From Auanema rhodensis (lineage: Eukaryota > Animalia > Nematoda): DNA of 64,000 bases. Under the pieces are notes generated by a model, which was not told the DNA's origin, ran no database searches, and worked only from the letters and a program-made list of their open reading frames with translations. The stretch spans positions 21,514,001-21,578,000 of the forward strand of contig OZ059894.1 of NCBI GenBank assembly GCA_964057225.1, given 5' to 3'. Both the position numbers and the translations under genes were made by a program. Positions within the stretch are counted from its first letter, which is position 1; every line of letters begins with the position of its first letter. Positions 12,201 to 27,200 of this stretch are shown piece by piece.

Positions 12201-15200
12201 CTGATAACACAGAACGACGCAGCTTAAAAATCCGCATCGAATGCACTATACTACATTGAAAAACGCTTAATACAAAAATTAGTTATGATCGTTTGAAAAA
12301 TGATGCATTAGTGTATGTTGAGTTTCCATGTACACTCAACATTGCTTCCAAAAACATTTTGACAAAAATTTTTTCGAAAAATTTCGAAATAATTTAGCAA
12401 AAAGTAGATGTTTTTAGATTCCATTTTTCAAGGCAAAGACGATGGACATTGTTATTCGACGAAAAAATTAATTCTTCAGGGTGAAAATCGAGGATATAAG
12501 TGTGAACTTATATCAGTTGATATCTCGGTGCATTTTTAAGCTAGCGCAAATCTGATAACACAGAACGACGCAGCTTAAAAATTCGCATCGAATGCACTAT
12601 ACTACATTGAAAAACGCTTAATACAAAAATTAGTTATGATCGTTTGAAAAATGATGCATTAGTGTATGTTGAGTTTCCATGTACACTCAACATTGCTTCC
12701 AAAAACATTTTGACAAAAATTTTTTCGAAAAATTTCGAAATAATTTAGCAAAAAGTAGATGTTTTTAGATTCCATTTTTCAAGGCAAAGACGATGGACAT
12801 TGTTATTCGACGAAAAAATTAATTCTTCAGGGTGAAAATCGAGGATATAAGTGTGAACTTATATCAGTTGATATCTCGGTGCATTTTTAAGCTAGCGCAA
12901 ATCTGATAACACAGAACGACGCAGCTTAAAAATTCGCATCGAATGCACTATACTACATTGAAAAACGCTTAATACAAAAATTAGTTATGATCGTTTGAAA
13001 AATGATGCATTAGTGTATGTTGAGTTTCCATGTACACTCAACATTGCTTCCAAAAACATTTTGACAAAAATTTTTTCGAGAAATTTCAAAATAATTTAGC
13101 AAAAAGTAGATGTTTTTAGATTCCTTTTTTCAAGGCAAAGACGATGGACAATGTTATTCAACGAAAAAATTAATTCTTCAGGGTGAAAATCGAGGATATA
13201 AGTGTGAACTTATATCAGTTGATATCTCGGTGCATTTTTAAGCTAGCGCAAATCTGATAACACAGATCGACGCAGCTTAAAAATCCGCATCGAATGCACT
13301 ATACTACATTGAGAAACGCTCAATACAAAAATTAGTTATGATCGTTTGAAAAATGATGCATTAGTGTATGTTGAGTTTCCATGTACACTCAACATTGCTT
13401 CCAAAAACATTTTGACAAAAATTTTTTCGAAAAATTTCAAAATAATTTAGCAAAAAGTAGATGTTTTTAGATTCCTTTTTTCAAGGCAAAGACGATAGAC
13501 AATGTTATTCAACGAAAAAATTAATTCTTCAGGGTGAAAATCGAGGATATAAGTGTGAACTTATATCAGTTGATATCTCGGTGCATTTTTAAGCTAGCGC
13601 AAATCTGATAACACAGATCGACGCAGCTTAAAAATCCGCATCGAATGCACTATACTACATTGAGAAACGCTCAATACAAAAATTAGTTATGATCGTTTGA
13701 AAAATGATGCATTAGTGTATGTTGAGTTTCCATGTACACTCAACATTGCTTCCAAAAACATTTTGACAAAAATTTTTTCGAAAAATTTCAAAATAATTTA
13801 GCAAAAAGTAGATGTTTTTAGATTCCTTTTTTCAAGGCAAAGACGATGGACAATGTTATTCAACGAAAAAATTAATTCTTCAGGGTGAAAATCGAGGATA
13901 TAAGTGTGAACTTATATCAGTTGATATCTCGGTGCATTTTTAAGCTAGCGCAAATCTGATAACACAGAACGACGCAGCTTAAAAATCCGCATCGAATGCA
14001 CTATACTACATTGAAAAACGCTTAATACAAAAATTAGTTATGATCGTTTGAAAAATGATGCATTAGTGTATGTTGAGTTTCCATGTACACTCAACATTGC
14101 TTCCAAAAACATTTTGACAAAAATTTTTTCGAAAAATTTCGAAATAATTTAGCAAAAAGTAGATGTTTTTAGATTCCATTTTTCAAGGCAAAGACGATGG
14201 ACATTGTTATTCGACGAAAAAATTAATTCTTCAGGGTGAAAATCGAGGATATAAGTGTGAACTTATATCAGTTGATATCTCGGTGCATTTTTAAGCTAGC
14301 GCAAATCTGATAACACAGAACGACGCAGCTTAAAAATTCGCATCGAATGCACTATACTACATTGAAAAACGCTTAATACAAAAATTAGTTATGATCGTTT
14401 GAAAAATGATGCATTAGTGTATGTTGAGTTTCCATGTACACTCAACATTGCTTCCAAAAACATTTTGACAAAAATTTTTTCGAGAAATTTCAAAATAATT
14501 TAGCAAAAAGTAGATGTTTTTAGATTCCTTTTTTCAAGGCAAAGACGATGGACAATGTTATTCAACGAAAAAATTAATTCTTCAGGGTGAAAATCGAGGA
14601 TATAAGTGTGAACTTATATCAGTTGATATCTCGGTGCATTTTTAAGCTAGCGCAAATCTGATAACACAGAACGACGCAGCTTAAAAATCCGCATCGAATG
14701 CACTATACTACATTGAAAAACGCTTAATACAAAAATTAGTTATGATCGTTTGAAAAATGATGCATTAGTGTATGTTGAGTTTCCATGTACACTCAACATT
14801 GCTTCCAAAAACATTTTGACAAAAATTTTTTTGAAAAATTTCAAAATAATTTAGCAAAAAGTAGATGTTTTTAGATTCCTTTTTTCAAGGCAAAGACGAT
14901 GGACAATGTTATTCAACGAAAAAATTAATTCTTCAGGGTGAAAATCGAGGATATAAGTGTGAACTTATATCAGTTGATATCTCGGTGCATTTTTAAGCTA
15001 GCGCAAATCTGATAACACAGAACGACGCAGCTTAAAAATCCGCATCGAATGCACTATACTACATTGAGAAACGCTTAATACAAAAATTAGTTATGATCGT
15101 TTGAAAAATGATGCATTAGTGTATGTTGAGTTTCCATGTACACTCAACATTGCTTCCAAAAACATTTTGACAAAAATTTTTTCGAGAAATTTCAAAATAA

Positions 15201-18200
15201 TTTAGCAAAAAGTAGATGTTTTTAGATTCCTTTTTTCAAGGCAAAGACGATGGACAATGTTATTCAACGAAAAAATTAATTCTTCAGGGTGAAAATCGAG
15301 GATATAAGTGTGAACTTATATCAGTTGATATCTCGGTGCATTTTTAAGCTAGCGCAAATCTGATAACACAGATCGACGCAGCTTAAAAATCCGCATCGAA
15401 TGCACTATACTACATTGAGAAACGCTTAATACAAAAATTAGTTATGATCGTTTGAAAAATGATGCATTAGTGTATGTTGAGTTTCCATGTACACTCAACA
15501 TTGCTTCCAAAAACATTTTGACAAAAATTTTTTCGAAAAATTTCAAAATAATTTAGCAAAAAGTAGATGTTTTTAGATTCCTTTTTTCAAGGCAAAGACG
15601 ATGGACAATGTTATTCAACGAAAAAATTAATTCTTCAGGGTGAAAATCGAGGATATAAGTGTGAACTTATATCAGTTGATATCTCGGTGCATTTTTAAGC
15701 TAGCGCAAATCTGATAACACAGATCGACGCAGCTTAAAAATCCGCATCGAATGCACTATACTACATTGAGAAACGCTTAATACAAAAATTAGTTATGATC
15801 GTTTGAAAAATGATGCATTAGTGTATGTTGAGTTTCCATGTACACTCAACATTGCTTCCAAAAACATTTTGACAAAAATTTTTTCGAAAAATTTCGAAAT
15901 AATTTAGCAAAAAGTAGATGTTTTTAGATTCCATTTTTCAAGGCAAAGACGATGGACAATGTTATTCAACGAAAAAATTAATTCTTCAGGGTGAAAATCG
16001 AGGATATAAGTGTGAACTTATATCAGTTGATATCTCGGTGCATTTTTAAGCTAGCGCAAATCTGATAACACAGATCGACGCAGCTTAAAAATCCGCATCG
16101 AATGCACTATACTACATTGAGAAACGCTTAATACAAAAATTAGTTATGATCGTTTGAAAAATGATGCATTAGTGTATGTTGAGTTTCCATGTACACTCAA
16201 CATTGCTTCCAAAAACATTTTGACAAAAATTTTTTCGAAAAATTTCAAAATAATTTAGCAAAAAGTAGATGTTTTTAGATTCCTTTTTTCAAGGCAAAGA
16301 CGATAGACAATGTTATTCAACGAAAAAATTAATTCTTCAGGGTGAAAATCGAGGATATAAGTGTGAACTTATATCAGTTGATATCTCGGTGCATTTTTAA
16401 GCTAGCGCAAATCTGATAACACAGAACGACGCAGCTTAAAAATCCGCATCGAATGCATTATACTACATTGAGAAACGCTTAATACAAAAATTAGTTATGA
16501 TCGTTTGAAAAATGATGCATTAGTGTATGTTGAGTTTCCATGTACACTCAACATTGCTTCCAAAAACATTTTGACAAAAATTTTTTCGAAAAATTTCAAA
16601 ATAATTTAGCAAAAAGTAGATGTTTTTAGATTCCTTTTTTCAAGGCAAAGACGATAGACAATGTTATTCAACGAAAAAATTAATTCTTCAGGGTGAAAAT
16701 CGAGGATATAAGTGTGAACGTATATCAGTTGATATCTCGGTGCATTTTTAAGCTAGCGCAAATCTGATAACACAGATCGACGCAGCTTAAAAATCCGCAT
16801 CGAATGCACTATACTACATTGAGAAACGCTTAATACAAAAATTAGTTATGATCGTTTGAAAAATGATGCATTAGTGTATGTTGAGTTTCCATGTACACTC
16901 AACATTGCTTCCAAAATCATTTTGACAAAAATTTTTTCGAAAAATTTCAAAATAATTTAGCAAAAAGTAGATGTTTTTAGATTCCTTCTTTTCAAGGCAA
17001 AGACGATAGACAATGTTATTCAACGAAAAAATTAATTCTTCAGGGTGAAAATCGAGGATATAAGTGTGAACTTATATCAGTTGATATCTCGGTGCATTTT
17101 TAAGCTAGCGCAAATCTGATAACACATATCGACGCAGCTTAAAAATCCGCATCGAATGCACTATACTACATTGAGAAACGCTTAATACAAAAATTAGTTA
17201 TGATCGTTTGAAAAATGATGCATTAGTGTATGTTGAGTTTCCATGTACACTCAACATTGCTTCCAAAAACATTTTGACAAAAATTTTTTTGAAAAATTTC
17301 AAAATAATTTAGCAAAAAGTAGATGTTTTTAGATTCCTTTTTTCAAGGCAAAGACGATGGACAATGTTATTCAACGAAAAAATTAATTCTTCAGGGTGAA
17401 AATCGAGGATATAAGTGTGAACTTATATCAGTTGATATCTCGGTGCATTTTTAAGCTAGCGCAAATCTGATAACACAGAACGACGCAGCTTAAAAATCCG
17501 CATCGAATGCACTATACTACATTGAGAAACGCTTAATACAAAAATTAGTTATGATCGTTTGAAAAATGATGCATTAGTGTATGTTGAGTTTCCATGTACA
17601 CTCAACATTGCTTCCAAAAACATTTTGACAAAAATTTTTTCGAGAAATTTCAAAATAATTTAGCAAAAAGTAGATGTTTTTAGATTCCTTTTTTCAAGGC
17701 AAAGACGATGGACAATGTTATTCAACGAAAAAATTAATTCTTCAGGGTGAAAATCGAGGATATAAGTGTGAACTTGTATCAGTTGATATCTCGGTGCATT
17801 TTTAAGCTAGCGCAAATCTGATAACACAGATCGACGCAGCTTAAAAATCCGCATCGAATGCACTATACTACATTGAGAAACGCTTAATACAAAAATTAGT
17901 TATGATCGTTTGAAAAATGATGCATTAGTGTATGTTGAGTTTCCATGTACACTCAACATTGCTTCCAAAAACATTTTGACAAAAATTTTTTCGAAAAATT
18001 TCAAAATAATTTAGCAAAAAGTAGATGTTTTTAGATTCCTTTTTTCAAGGCAAAGACGATGGACAATGTTATTCAACGAAAAAATTAATTCTTCAGGGTG
18101 AAAATCGAGGATATAAGTGTGAACTTATATCAGTTGATATCTCGGTGCATTTTTAAGCTAGCGCAAATCTGATAACACAGATCGACGCAGCTTAAAAATC

Positions 18201-21200
18201 CGCATCGAATGCACTATACTACATTGAGAAACGCTCAATACAAAAATTAGTTATGATTGTTTGAAAAATGATGCATTAGTGTATGTTGAGTTTCCATGTA
18301 CACTCAACATTGCTTCCAAAAACATTTTGACAAAAATTTTTTCGAGAAATTTCAAAATAATTTAGCAAAAAGTAGATGTTTTTAGATTCCTTTTTTCAAG
18401 GCAAAGACGATGGACAATGTTATTCAACGAAAAAATTAATTCTTCAGGGTGAAAATCGAGGATATAAGTGTGAAGTTATATCAGTTGATATCTCGGTGCA
18501 TTTTTAAGCTAGCGCAAATCTGATAACACAGAACGACGCAGCTTAAAAATTTGCATCGAATGCACTATACTACATTGAAAAACGCTTAATACAAAAATTA
18601 GTTATGATCGTTTGAAAAATGATGCATTAGTGTATGTTGAGTTTCCATGTACACTCAACATTGCTTCCAAAAACATTTTGACAAAAATTTTTTCGAAAAA
18701 TTTCGAAATAATTTAGCAAAAAGTAGATGTTTTTAGATTCCATTTTTCAAGGCAAAGACGATGGACAATGTTATTCAACGAAAAAATTAATTCTTCAGGG
18801 TGAAAATCGAGGATATAAGTGTGAACTTATATCAGTTGATATCTCGGTGCATTTTTAAGCTAGCGCAAATCTGATAACACAGATCGACGCAGCTTAAAAA
18901 TCCGCATCGAATGCACTATACTACATTGAGAAACGCTCAATACAAAAATTAGTTATGATCGTTTGAAAAATGATGCATTAGTGTATGTTGAGTTTCCATG
19001 TACACTCAACATTGCTTCCAAAAACATTTTGACAAAAATTTTTTCGAAAAATTTCAAAATAATTTAGCAAAAAGTAGATGTTTTTAGATTCCTTTTTTCA
19101 AGGCAAAGACGATGGACAATGTTATTCAACGAAAAAATTAATTCTCCAGGGTGAAAATCGAGGATATAAGTGTGAACTTATATCAGTTGATATCTCGGTG
19201 CATTTTTAAGCTAGCGCAAATCTGATAACACAGAACGACGCAGCTTAAAAATCCGCATCGAATGCACTATACTACATTGAAAAACGCTTAATACAAAAAT
19301 TAGTTATGATCGTTTGAAAAATGATGCATTAGTGTATGTTGAGTTTCCATGTACACTCAACATTGCTTCCAAAAACATTTTGACAAAAATTTTTTCGAAA
19401 AATTTCGAAATAATTTAGCAAAAAGTAGATGTTTTTAGATTCCATTTTTCAAGGCAAAGACGATGGACATTGTTATTCGACGAAAAAATTAATTCTTCAG
19501 GGTGAAAATCGAGGATATAAGTGTGAACTTATATCAGTTGATATCTCGGTGCATTTTTAAGCTAGCGCAAATCTGATAACACATATCGACGCAGCTTAAA
19601 AATTCGCATCGAATGCACTATACTACATTGAAAAACGCTTAATACAAAAATTAGTTATGATCGTTTGAAAAATGATGCATTAGTGTATGTTGAGTTTCCA
19701 TGTACACTCAACATTGCTTCCAAAAACATTTTGACAAAAATTTTTTCGAGAAATTTCAAAATAATTTAGCAAAAAGTAGATGTTTTTAGATTCCTTTTTT
19801 CAAGGCAAAGACGATGGACAATGTTATTCAACGAAAAAATTAATTCTTCAGGGTGAAAATCGAGGATATAAGTGTGAACTTATATCAGTTGATATCTCGG
19901 TGCATTTTTAAGCTAGCGCAAATCTGATAACACAGAACGACGCAGCTTAAAAATCCGCATCGAATGCACTATACTACATTGAGAAACGCTTAATACAAAA
20001 ATTAGTTATGATCGTTTGAAAAATGATGCATTAGTGTATGTTGAGTTTCCATGTACACTCAACATTGCTTCCAAAAACATTTTGACAAAAATTTTTTCGA
20101 AAAATTTCAAAATAATTTAGCAAAAAGTAGATGTTTTTAGATTCCTTTTTTCAAGGCAAAGACGATGGACAATGTTATTCAACGAAAAAATTAATTCTTC
20201 AGGGTGAAAATCGAGGATATAAGTGTGAACTTATATCAGTTGATATCTCGGTGCATTTTTAAGCTAGCGCAAATCTGATAACACAGATCGACGCAGCTTA
20301 AAAATCCGCATCGAATGCACTATACTACATTGAGAAACGCTCAATACAAAAATTAGTTATGATTGTTTGAAAAATGATGCATTAGTGTATGTTGAGTTTC
20401 CATGTACACTCAACATTGCTTCCAAAAACATTTTGACAAAAATTTTTTCGAGAAATTTCTAAATAATTTAGCAAAAAGTAGATGTTTTTAGATTCCTTTT
20501 TTCAAGGCAAAGACGATGGACAATGTTATTCAACGAAAAAATTAATTCTTCAGGGTGAAAATCGAGGATATAAGTGTGAAGTTATATCAGTTGATATCTC
20601 GGTGCATTTTTAAGCTAGCGCAAATCTGATAACACAGAACGACGCAGCTTAAAAATTTGCATCGAATGCACTATACTACATTGAAAAACGCTTAATACAA
20701 AAATTAGTTATGATCGTTTGAAAAATGATGCATTAGTGTATGTTGAGTTTCCATGTACACTCAACATTGCTTCCAAAAACATTTTGACAAAAATTTTTTC
20801 GAAAAATTTCGAAATAATTTAGCAAAAAGTAGATGTTTTTAGATTCCATTTTTCAAGGCAAAGACGATGGACAATGTTATTCAACGAAAAAATTAATTCT
20901 TCAGGGTGAAAATCGAGGATATAAGTGTGAACTTATATCAGTTGATATCTCGGTGCATTTTTAAGCTAGCGCAAATCTGATAACACAGATCGACGCAGCT
21001 TAAAAATCCGCATCGAATGCACTATACTACATTGAGAAACGCTCAATACAAAAATTAGTTATGATCGTTTGAAAAATGATGCATTAGTGTATGTTGAGTT
21101 TCCATGTACACTCAACATTGCTTCCAAAAACATTTTGACAAAAATTTTTTCGAAAAATTTCAAAATAATTTAGCAAAAAGTAGATGTTTTTAGATTCCTT

Positions 21201-24200
21201 TTTTCAAGGCAAAGACGATGGACAATGTTATTCAACGAAAAAATTAATTCTCCAGGGTGAAAATCGAGGATATAAGTGTGAACTTATATCAGTTGATATC
21301 TCGGTGCATTTTTAAGCTAGCGCAAATCTGATAACACAGAACGACGCAGCTTAAAAATCCGCATCGAATGCACTATACTACATTGAAAAACGCTTAATAC
21401 AAAAATTAGTTATGATCGTTTGAAAAATGATGCATTAGTGTATGTTGAGTTTCCATGTACACTCAACATTGCTTCCAAAAACATTTTGACAAAAATTTTT
21501 TCGAAAAATTTCGAAATAATTTAGCAAAAAGTAGATGTTTTTAGATTCCATTTTTCAAGGCAAAGACGATGGACATTGTTATTCGACGAAAAAATTAATT
21601 CTTCAGGGTGAAAATCGAGGATATAAGTGTGAACTTATATCAGTTGATATCTCGGTGCATTTTTAAGCTAGCGCAAATCTGATAACACAGAACGACGCAG
21701 CTTAAAAATTCGCATCGAATGCACTATACTACATTGAAAAACGCTTAATACAAAAATTAGTTATGATCGTTTGAAAAATGATGCATTAGTGTATGTTGAG
21801 TTTCCATGTACACTCAACATTGCTTCCAAAAACATTTTGACAAAAATTTTTTCGAGAAATTTCAAAATAATTTAGCAAAAAGTAGATGTTTTTAGATTCC
21901 TTTTTTCAAGGCAAAGACGATGGACAATGTTATTCAACGAAAAAATTAATTCTTCAGGGTGAAAATCGAGGATATAAGTGTGAACTTATATCAGTTGATA
22001 TCTCGGTGCATTTTTAAGCTAGCGCAAATCTGATAACACAGATCGACGCAGCTTAAAAATCCGCATCGAATGCACTATACTACATTGAGAAACGCTTAAT
22101 ACAAAAATTAGTTATGATCGTTTGAAAAATGATGCATTAGTGTATGTTGAGTTTCCATGTACACTCAACATTGCTTCCAAAAACATTTTGACAAAAATTT
22201 TTTCGAAAAATTTCAAAATAATTTAGCAAAAAGTAGATGTTTTTAGATTCCTTTTTTCAAGGCAAAGACGATAGACAATGTTATTCAACGAAAAAATTAA
22301 TTCTTCAGGGTGAAAATCGAGGATATAAGTGTGAACTTATATCAGTTGATATCTCGGTGCATTTTTAAGCTAGCGCAAATCTGATAACACAGATCGACGC
22401 AGCTTAAAAATCCGCATCGAATGCACTATACTACATTGAGAAACGCTCAATACAAAAATTAGTTATGATCGTTTGAAAAATGATGCATTAGTGTATGTTG
22501 AGTTTCCATGTACACTCAACATTGCTTCCAAAAACATTTTGACAAAAATTTTTTCGAAAAATTTCAAAATAATTTAGCAAAAAGTAGATGTTTTTAGATT
22601 CCTTTTTTCAAGGCAAAGACGATGGACAATGTTATTCAACGAAAAAATTAATTCTTCAGGGTGAAAATCGAGGATATAAGTGTGAACTTATATCAGTTGA
22701 TATCTCGGTGCATTTTTAAGCTAGCGCAAATCTGATAACACAGAACGACGCAGCTTAAAAATCCGCATCGAATGCACTATACTACATTGAAAAACGCTTA
22801 ATACAAAAATTAGTTATGATCGTTTGAAAAATGATGCATTAGTGTATGTTGAGTTTCCATGTACACTCAACATTGCTTCCAAAAACATTTTGACAAAAAT
22901 TTTTTCGAAAAATTTCGAAATAATTTAGCAAAAAGTAGATGTTTTTAGATTCCATTTTTCAAGGCAAAGACGATGGACATTGTTATTCGACGAAAAAATT
23001 AATTCTTCAGGGTGAAAATCGAGGATATAAGTGTGAACTTATATCAGTTGATATCTCGGTGCATTTTTAAGCTAGCGCAAATCTGATAACACAGATCGAC
23101 GCAGCTTAAAAATCCGCATCGAATGCACTATACTACATTGAGAAACGCTTAATACAAAATTAGTTATGATCGTTTGAAAAATGATGCATTAGTGTATGTT
23201 GAGTTTCCATGTACACTCAACATTGCTTCCAAAAACATTTTGACAAAAATTTTTTCGAAAAATTTCAAAATAATTTAGCAAAAAGTAGATGTTTTTAGAT
23301 TCCTTTTTTCAAGGCAAAGACGATGGACAATGTTATTCAACGAAAAAATTAATTCTTCAGGGTGAAAATCGAGGATATAAGTGTGAACTTATATCAGTTG
23401 ATATCTCGGTGCATTTTTAAGCTAGCGCAAATCTGATAACACAGATCGACGCAGCTTAAAAATCCGCATCGAATGCACTATACTACATTGAGAAACGCTC
23501 AATACAAAAATTAGTTATGATCGTTTGAAAAATGATGCATTAGTGTATGTTGAGTTTCCATGTACACTCAACATTGCTTCCAAAAACATTTTGACAAAAA
23601 TTTTTTCGAGAAATTTCAAAATAATTTAGCAAAAAGTAGATGTTTTTAGATTCCTTTTTTCAAGGCAAAGACGATGGACAATGTTATTCAACGAAAAAAT
23701 TAATTCTTCAGGGTGAAAATCGAGGATATAAGTGTGAACTTGTATCAGTTGATATCTCGGTGCATTTTTAAGCTAGCGCAAATCTGATAACACAGATCGA
23801 CGCAGCTTAAAAATCCGCATCGAATGCACTATACTACATTGAGAAACGCTTAATACAAAAATTAGTTATGATCGTTTGAAAAATGATGCATTAGTGTATG
23901 TTGAGTTTCCATGTACACTCAACATTGCTTCCAAAAACATTTTGACAAAAATTTTTTCGAAAAATTTCAAAATAATTTAGCAAAAAGTAGATGTTTTTAG
24001 ATTCCTTTTTTCAAGGCAAAGACGATGGACAATGTTATTCAACGAAAAAATTAATTCTTCAGGGTGAAAATCGAGGATATAAGTGTGAACTTATATCAGT
24101 TGATATCTCGGTGCATTTTTAAGCTAGCGCAAATCTGATAACACAGATCGACGCAGCTTAAAAATCCGCATCGAATGCACTATACTACATTGAGAAACGC

Positions 24201-27200
24201 TCAATACAAAAATTAGTTATGATTGTTTGAAAAATGATGCATTAGTGTATGTTGAGTTTCCATGTACACTCAACATTGCTTCCAAAAACATTTTGACAAA
24301 AATTTTTTCGAGAAATTTCAAAATAATTTAGCAAAAAGTAGATGTTTTTAGATTCCTTTTTTCAAGGCAAAGACGATGGACAATGTTATTCAACGAAAAA
24401 ATTAATTCTTCAGGGTGAAAATCGAGGATATAAGTGTGAAGTTATATCAGTTGATATCTCGGTGCATTTTTAAGCTAGCGCAAATCTGATAACACAGAAC
24501 GACGCAGCTTAAAAATTTGCATCGAATGCACTATACTACATTGAAAAACGCTTAATACAAAAATTAGTTATGATCGTTTGAAAAATGATGCATTAGTGTA
24601 TGTTGAGTTTCCATGTACACTCAACATTGCTTCCAAAAACATTTTGACAAAAATTTTTTCGAAAAATTTCGAAATAATTTAGCAAAAAGTAGATGTTTTT
24701 AGATTCCATTTTTCAAGGCAAAGACGATGGACAATGTTATTCAACGAAAAAATTAATTCTTCAGGGTGAAAATCGAGGATATAAGTGTGAACTTATATCA
24801 GTTGATATCTCGGTGCATTTTTAAGCTAGCGCAAATCTGATAACACAGATCGACGCAGCTTAAAAATCCGCATCGAATGCACTATACTACATTGAGAAAC
24901 GCTCAATACAAAAATTAGTTATGATCGTTTGAAAAATGATGCATTAGTGTATGTTGAGTTTCCATGTACACTCAACATTGCTTCCAAAAACATTTTGACA
25001 AAAATTTTTTCGAAAAATTTCAAAATAATTTAGCAAAAAGTAGATGTTTTTAGATTCCTTTTTTCAAGGCAAAGACGATGGACAATGTTATTCAACGAAA
25101 AAATTAATTCTCCAGGGTGAAAATCGAGGATATAAGTGTGAACTTATATCAGTTGATATCTCGGTGCATTTTTAAGCTAGCGCAAATCTGATAACACAGA
25201 ACGACGCAGCTTAAAAATCCGCATCGAATGCACTATACTACATTGAAAAACGCTTAATACAAAAATTAGTTATGATCGTTTGAAAAATGATGCATTAGTG
25301 TATGTTGAGTTTCCATGTACACTCAACATTGCTTCCAAAAACATTTTGACAAAAATTTTTTCGAAAAATTTCGAAATAATTTAGCAAAAAGTAGATGTTT
25401 TTAGATTCCATTTTTCAAGGCAAAGACGATGGACATTGTTATTCGACGAAAAAATTAATTCTTCAGGGTGAAAATCGAGGATATAAGTGTGAACTTATAT
25501 CAGTTGATATCTCGGTGCATTTTTAAGCTAGCGCAAATCTGATAACACAGAACGACGCAGCTTAAAAATTCGCATCGAATGCACTATACTACATTGAAAA
25601 ACGCTTAATACAAAAATTAGTTATGATCGTTTGAAAAATGATGCATTAGTGTATGTTGAGTTTCCATGTACACTCAACATTGCTTCCAAAAACATTTTGA
25701 CAAAAATTTTTTCGAGAAATTTCAAAATAATTTAGCAAAAAGTAGATGTTTTTAGATTCCTTTTTTCAAGGCAAAGACGATGGACAATGTTATTCAACGA
25801 AAAAATTAATTCTTCAGGGTGAAAATCGAGGATATAAGTGTGAACTTATATCAGTTGATATCTCGGTGCATTTTTAAGCTAGCGCAAATCTGATAACACA
25901 GATCGACGCAGCTTAAAAATCCGCATCGAATGCACTATACTACATTGAGAAACGCTTAATACAAAAATTAGTTATGATCGTTTGAAAAATGATGCATTAG
26001 TGTATGTTGAGTTTCCATGTACACTCAACATTGCTTCCAAAAACATTTTGACAAAAATTTTTTCGAAAAATTTCAAAATAATTTAGCAAAAAGTAGATGT
26101 TTTTAGATTCCTTTTTTCAAGGCAAAGACGATAGACAATGTTATTCAACGAAAAAATTAATTCTTCAGGGTGAAAATCGAGGATATAAGTGTGAACTTAT
26201 ATCAGTTGATATCTCGGTGCATTTTTAAGCTAGCGCAAATCTGATAACACAGATCGACGCAGCTTAAAAATCCGCATCGAATGCACTATACTACATTGAG
26301 AAACGCTCAATACAAAAATTAGTTATGATCGTTTGAAAAATGATGCATTAGTGTATGTTGAGTTTCCATGTACACTCAACATTGCTTCCAAAAACATTTT
26401 GACAAAAATTTTTTCGAAAAATTTCAAAATAATTTAGCAAAAAGTAGATGTTTTTAGATTCCTTTTTTCAAGGCAAAGACGATGGACAATGTTATTCAAC
26501 GAAAAAATTAATTCTTCAGGGTGAAAATCGAGGATATAAGTGTGAACTTATATCAGTTGATATCTCGGTGCATTTTTAAGCTAGCGCAAATCTGATAACA
26601 CAGAACGACGCAGCTTAAAAATCCGCATCGAATGCACTATACTACATTGAAAAACGCTTAATACAAAAATTAGTTATGATCGTTTGAAAAATGATGCATT
26701 AGTGTATGTTGAGTTTCCATGTACACTCAACATTGCTTCCAAAAACATTTTGACAAAAATTTTTTCGAAAAATTTCGAAATAATTTAGCAAAAAGTAGAT
26801 GTTTTTAGATTCCATTTTTCAAGGCAAAGACGATGGACATTGTTATTCGACGAAAAAATTAATTCTTCAGGGTGAAAATCGAGGATATAAGTGTGAACTT
26901 ATATCAGTTGATATCTCGGTGCATTTTTAAGCTAGCGCAAATCTGATAACACAGAACGACGCAGCTTAAAAATTCGCATCGAATGCACTATACTACATTG
27001 AAAAACGCTTAATACAAAAATTAGTTATGATCGTTTGAAAAATGATGCATTAGTGTATGTTGAGTTTCCATGTACACTCAACATTGCTTCCAAAAACATT
27101 TTGACAAAAATTTTTTCGAGAAATTTCAAAATAATTTAGCAAAAAGTAGATGTTTTTAGATTCCTTTTTTCAAGGCAAAGACGATGGACAATGTTATTCA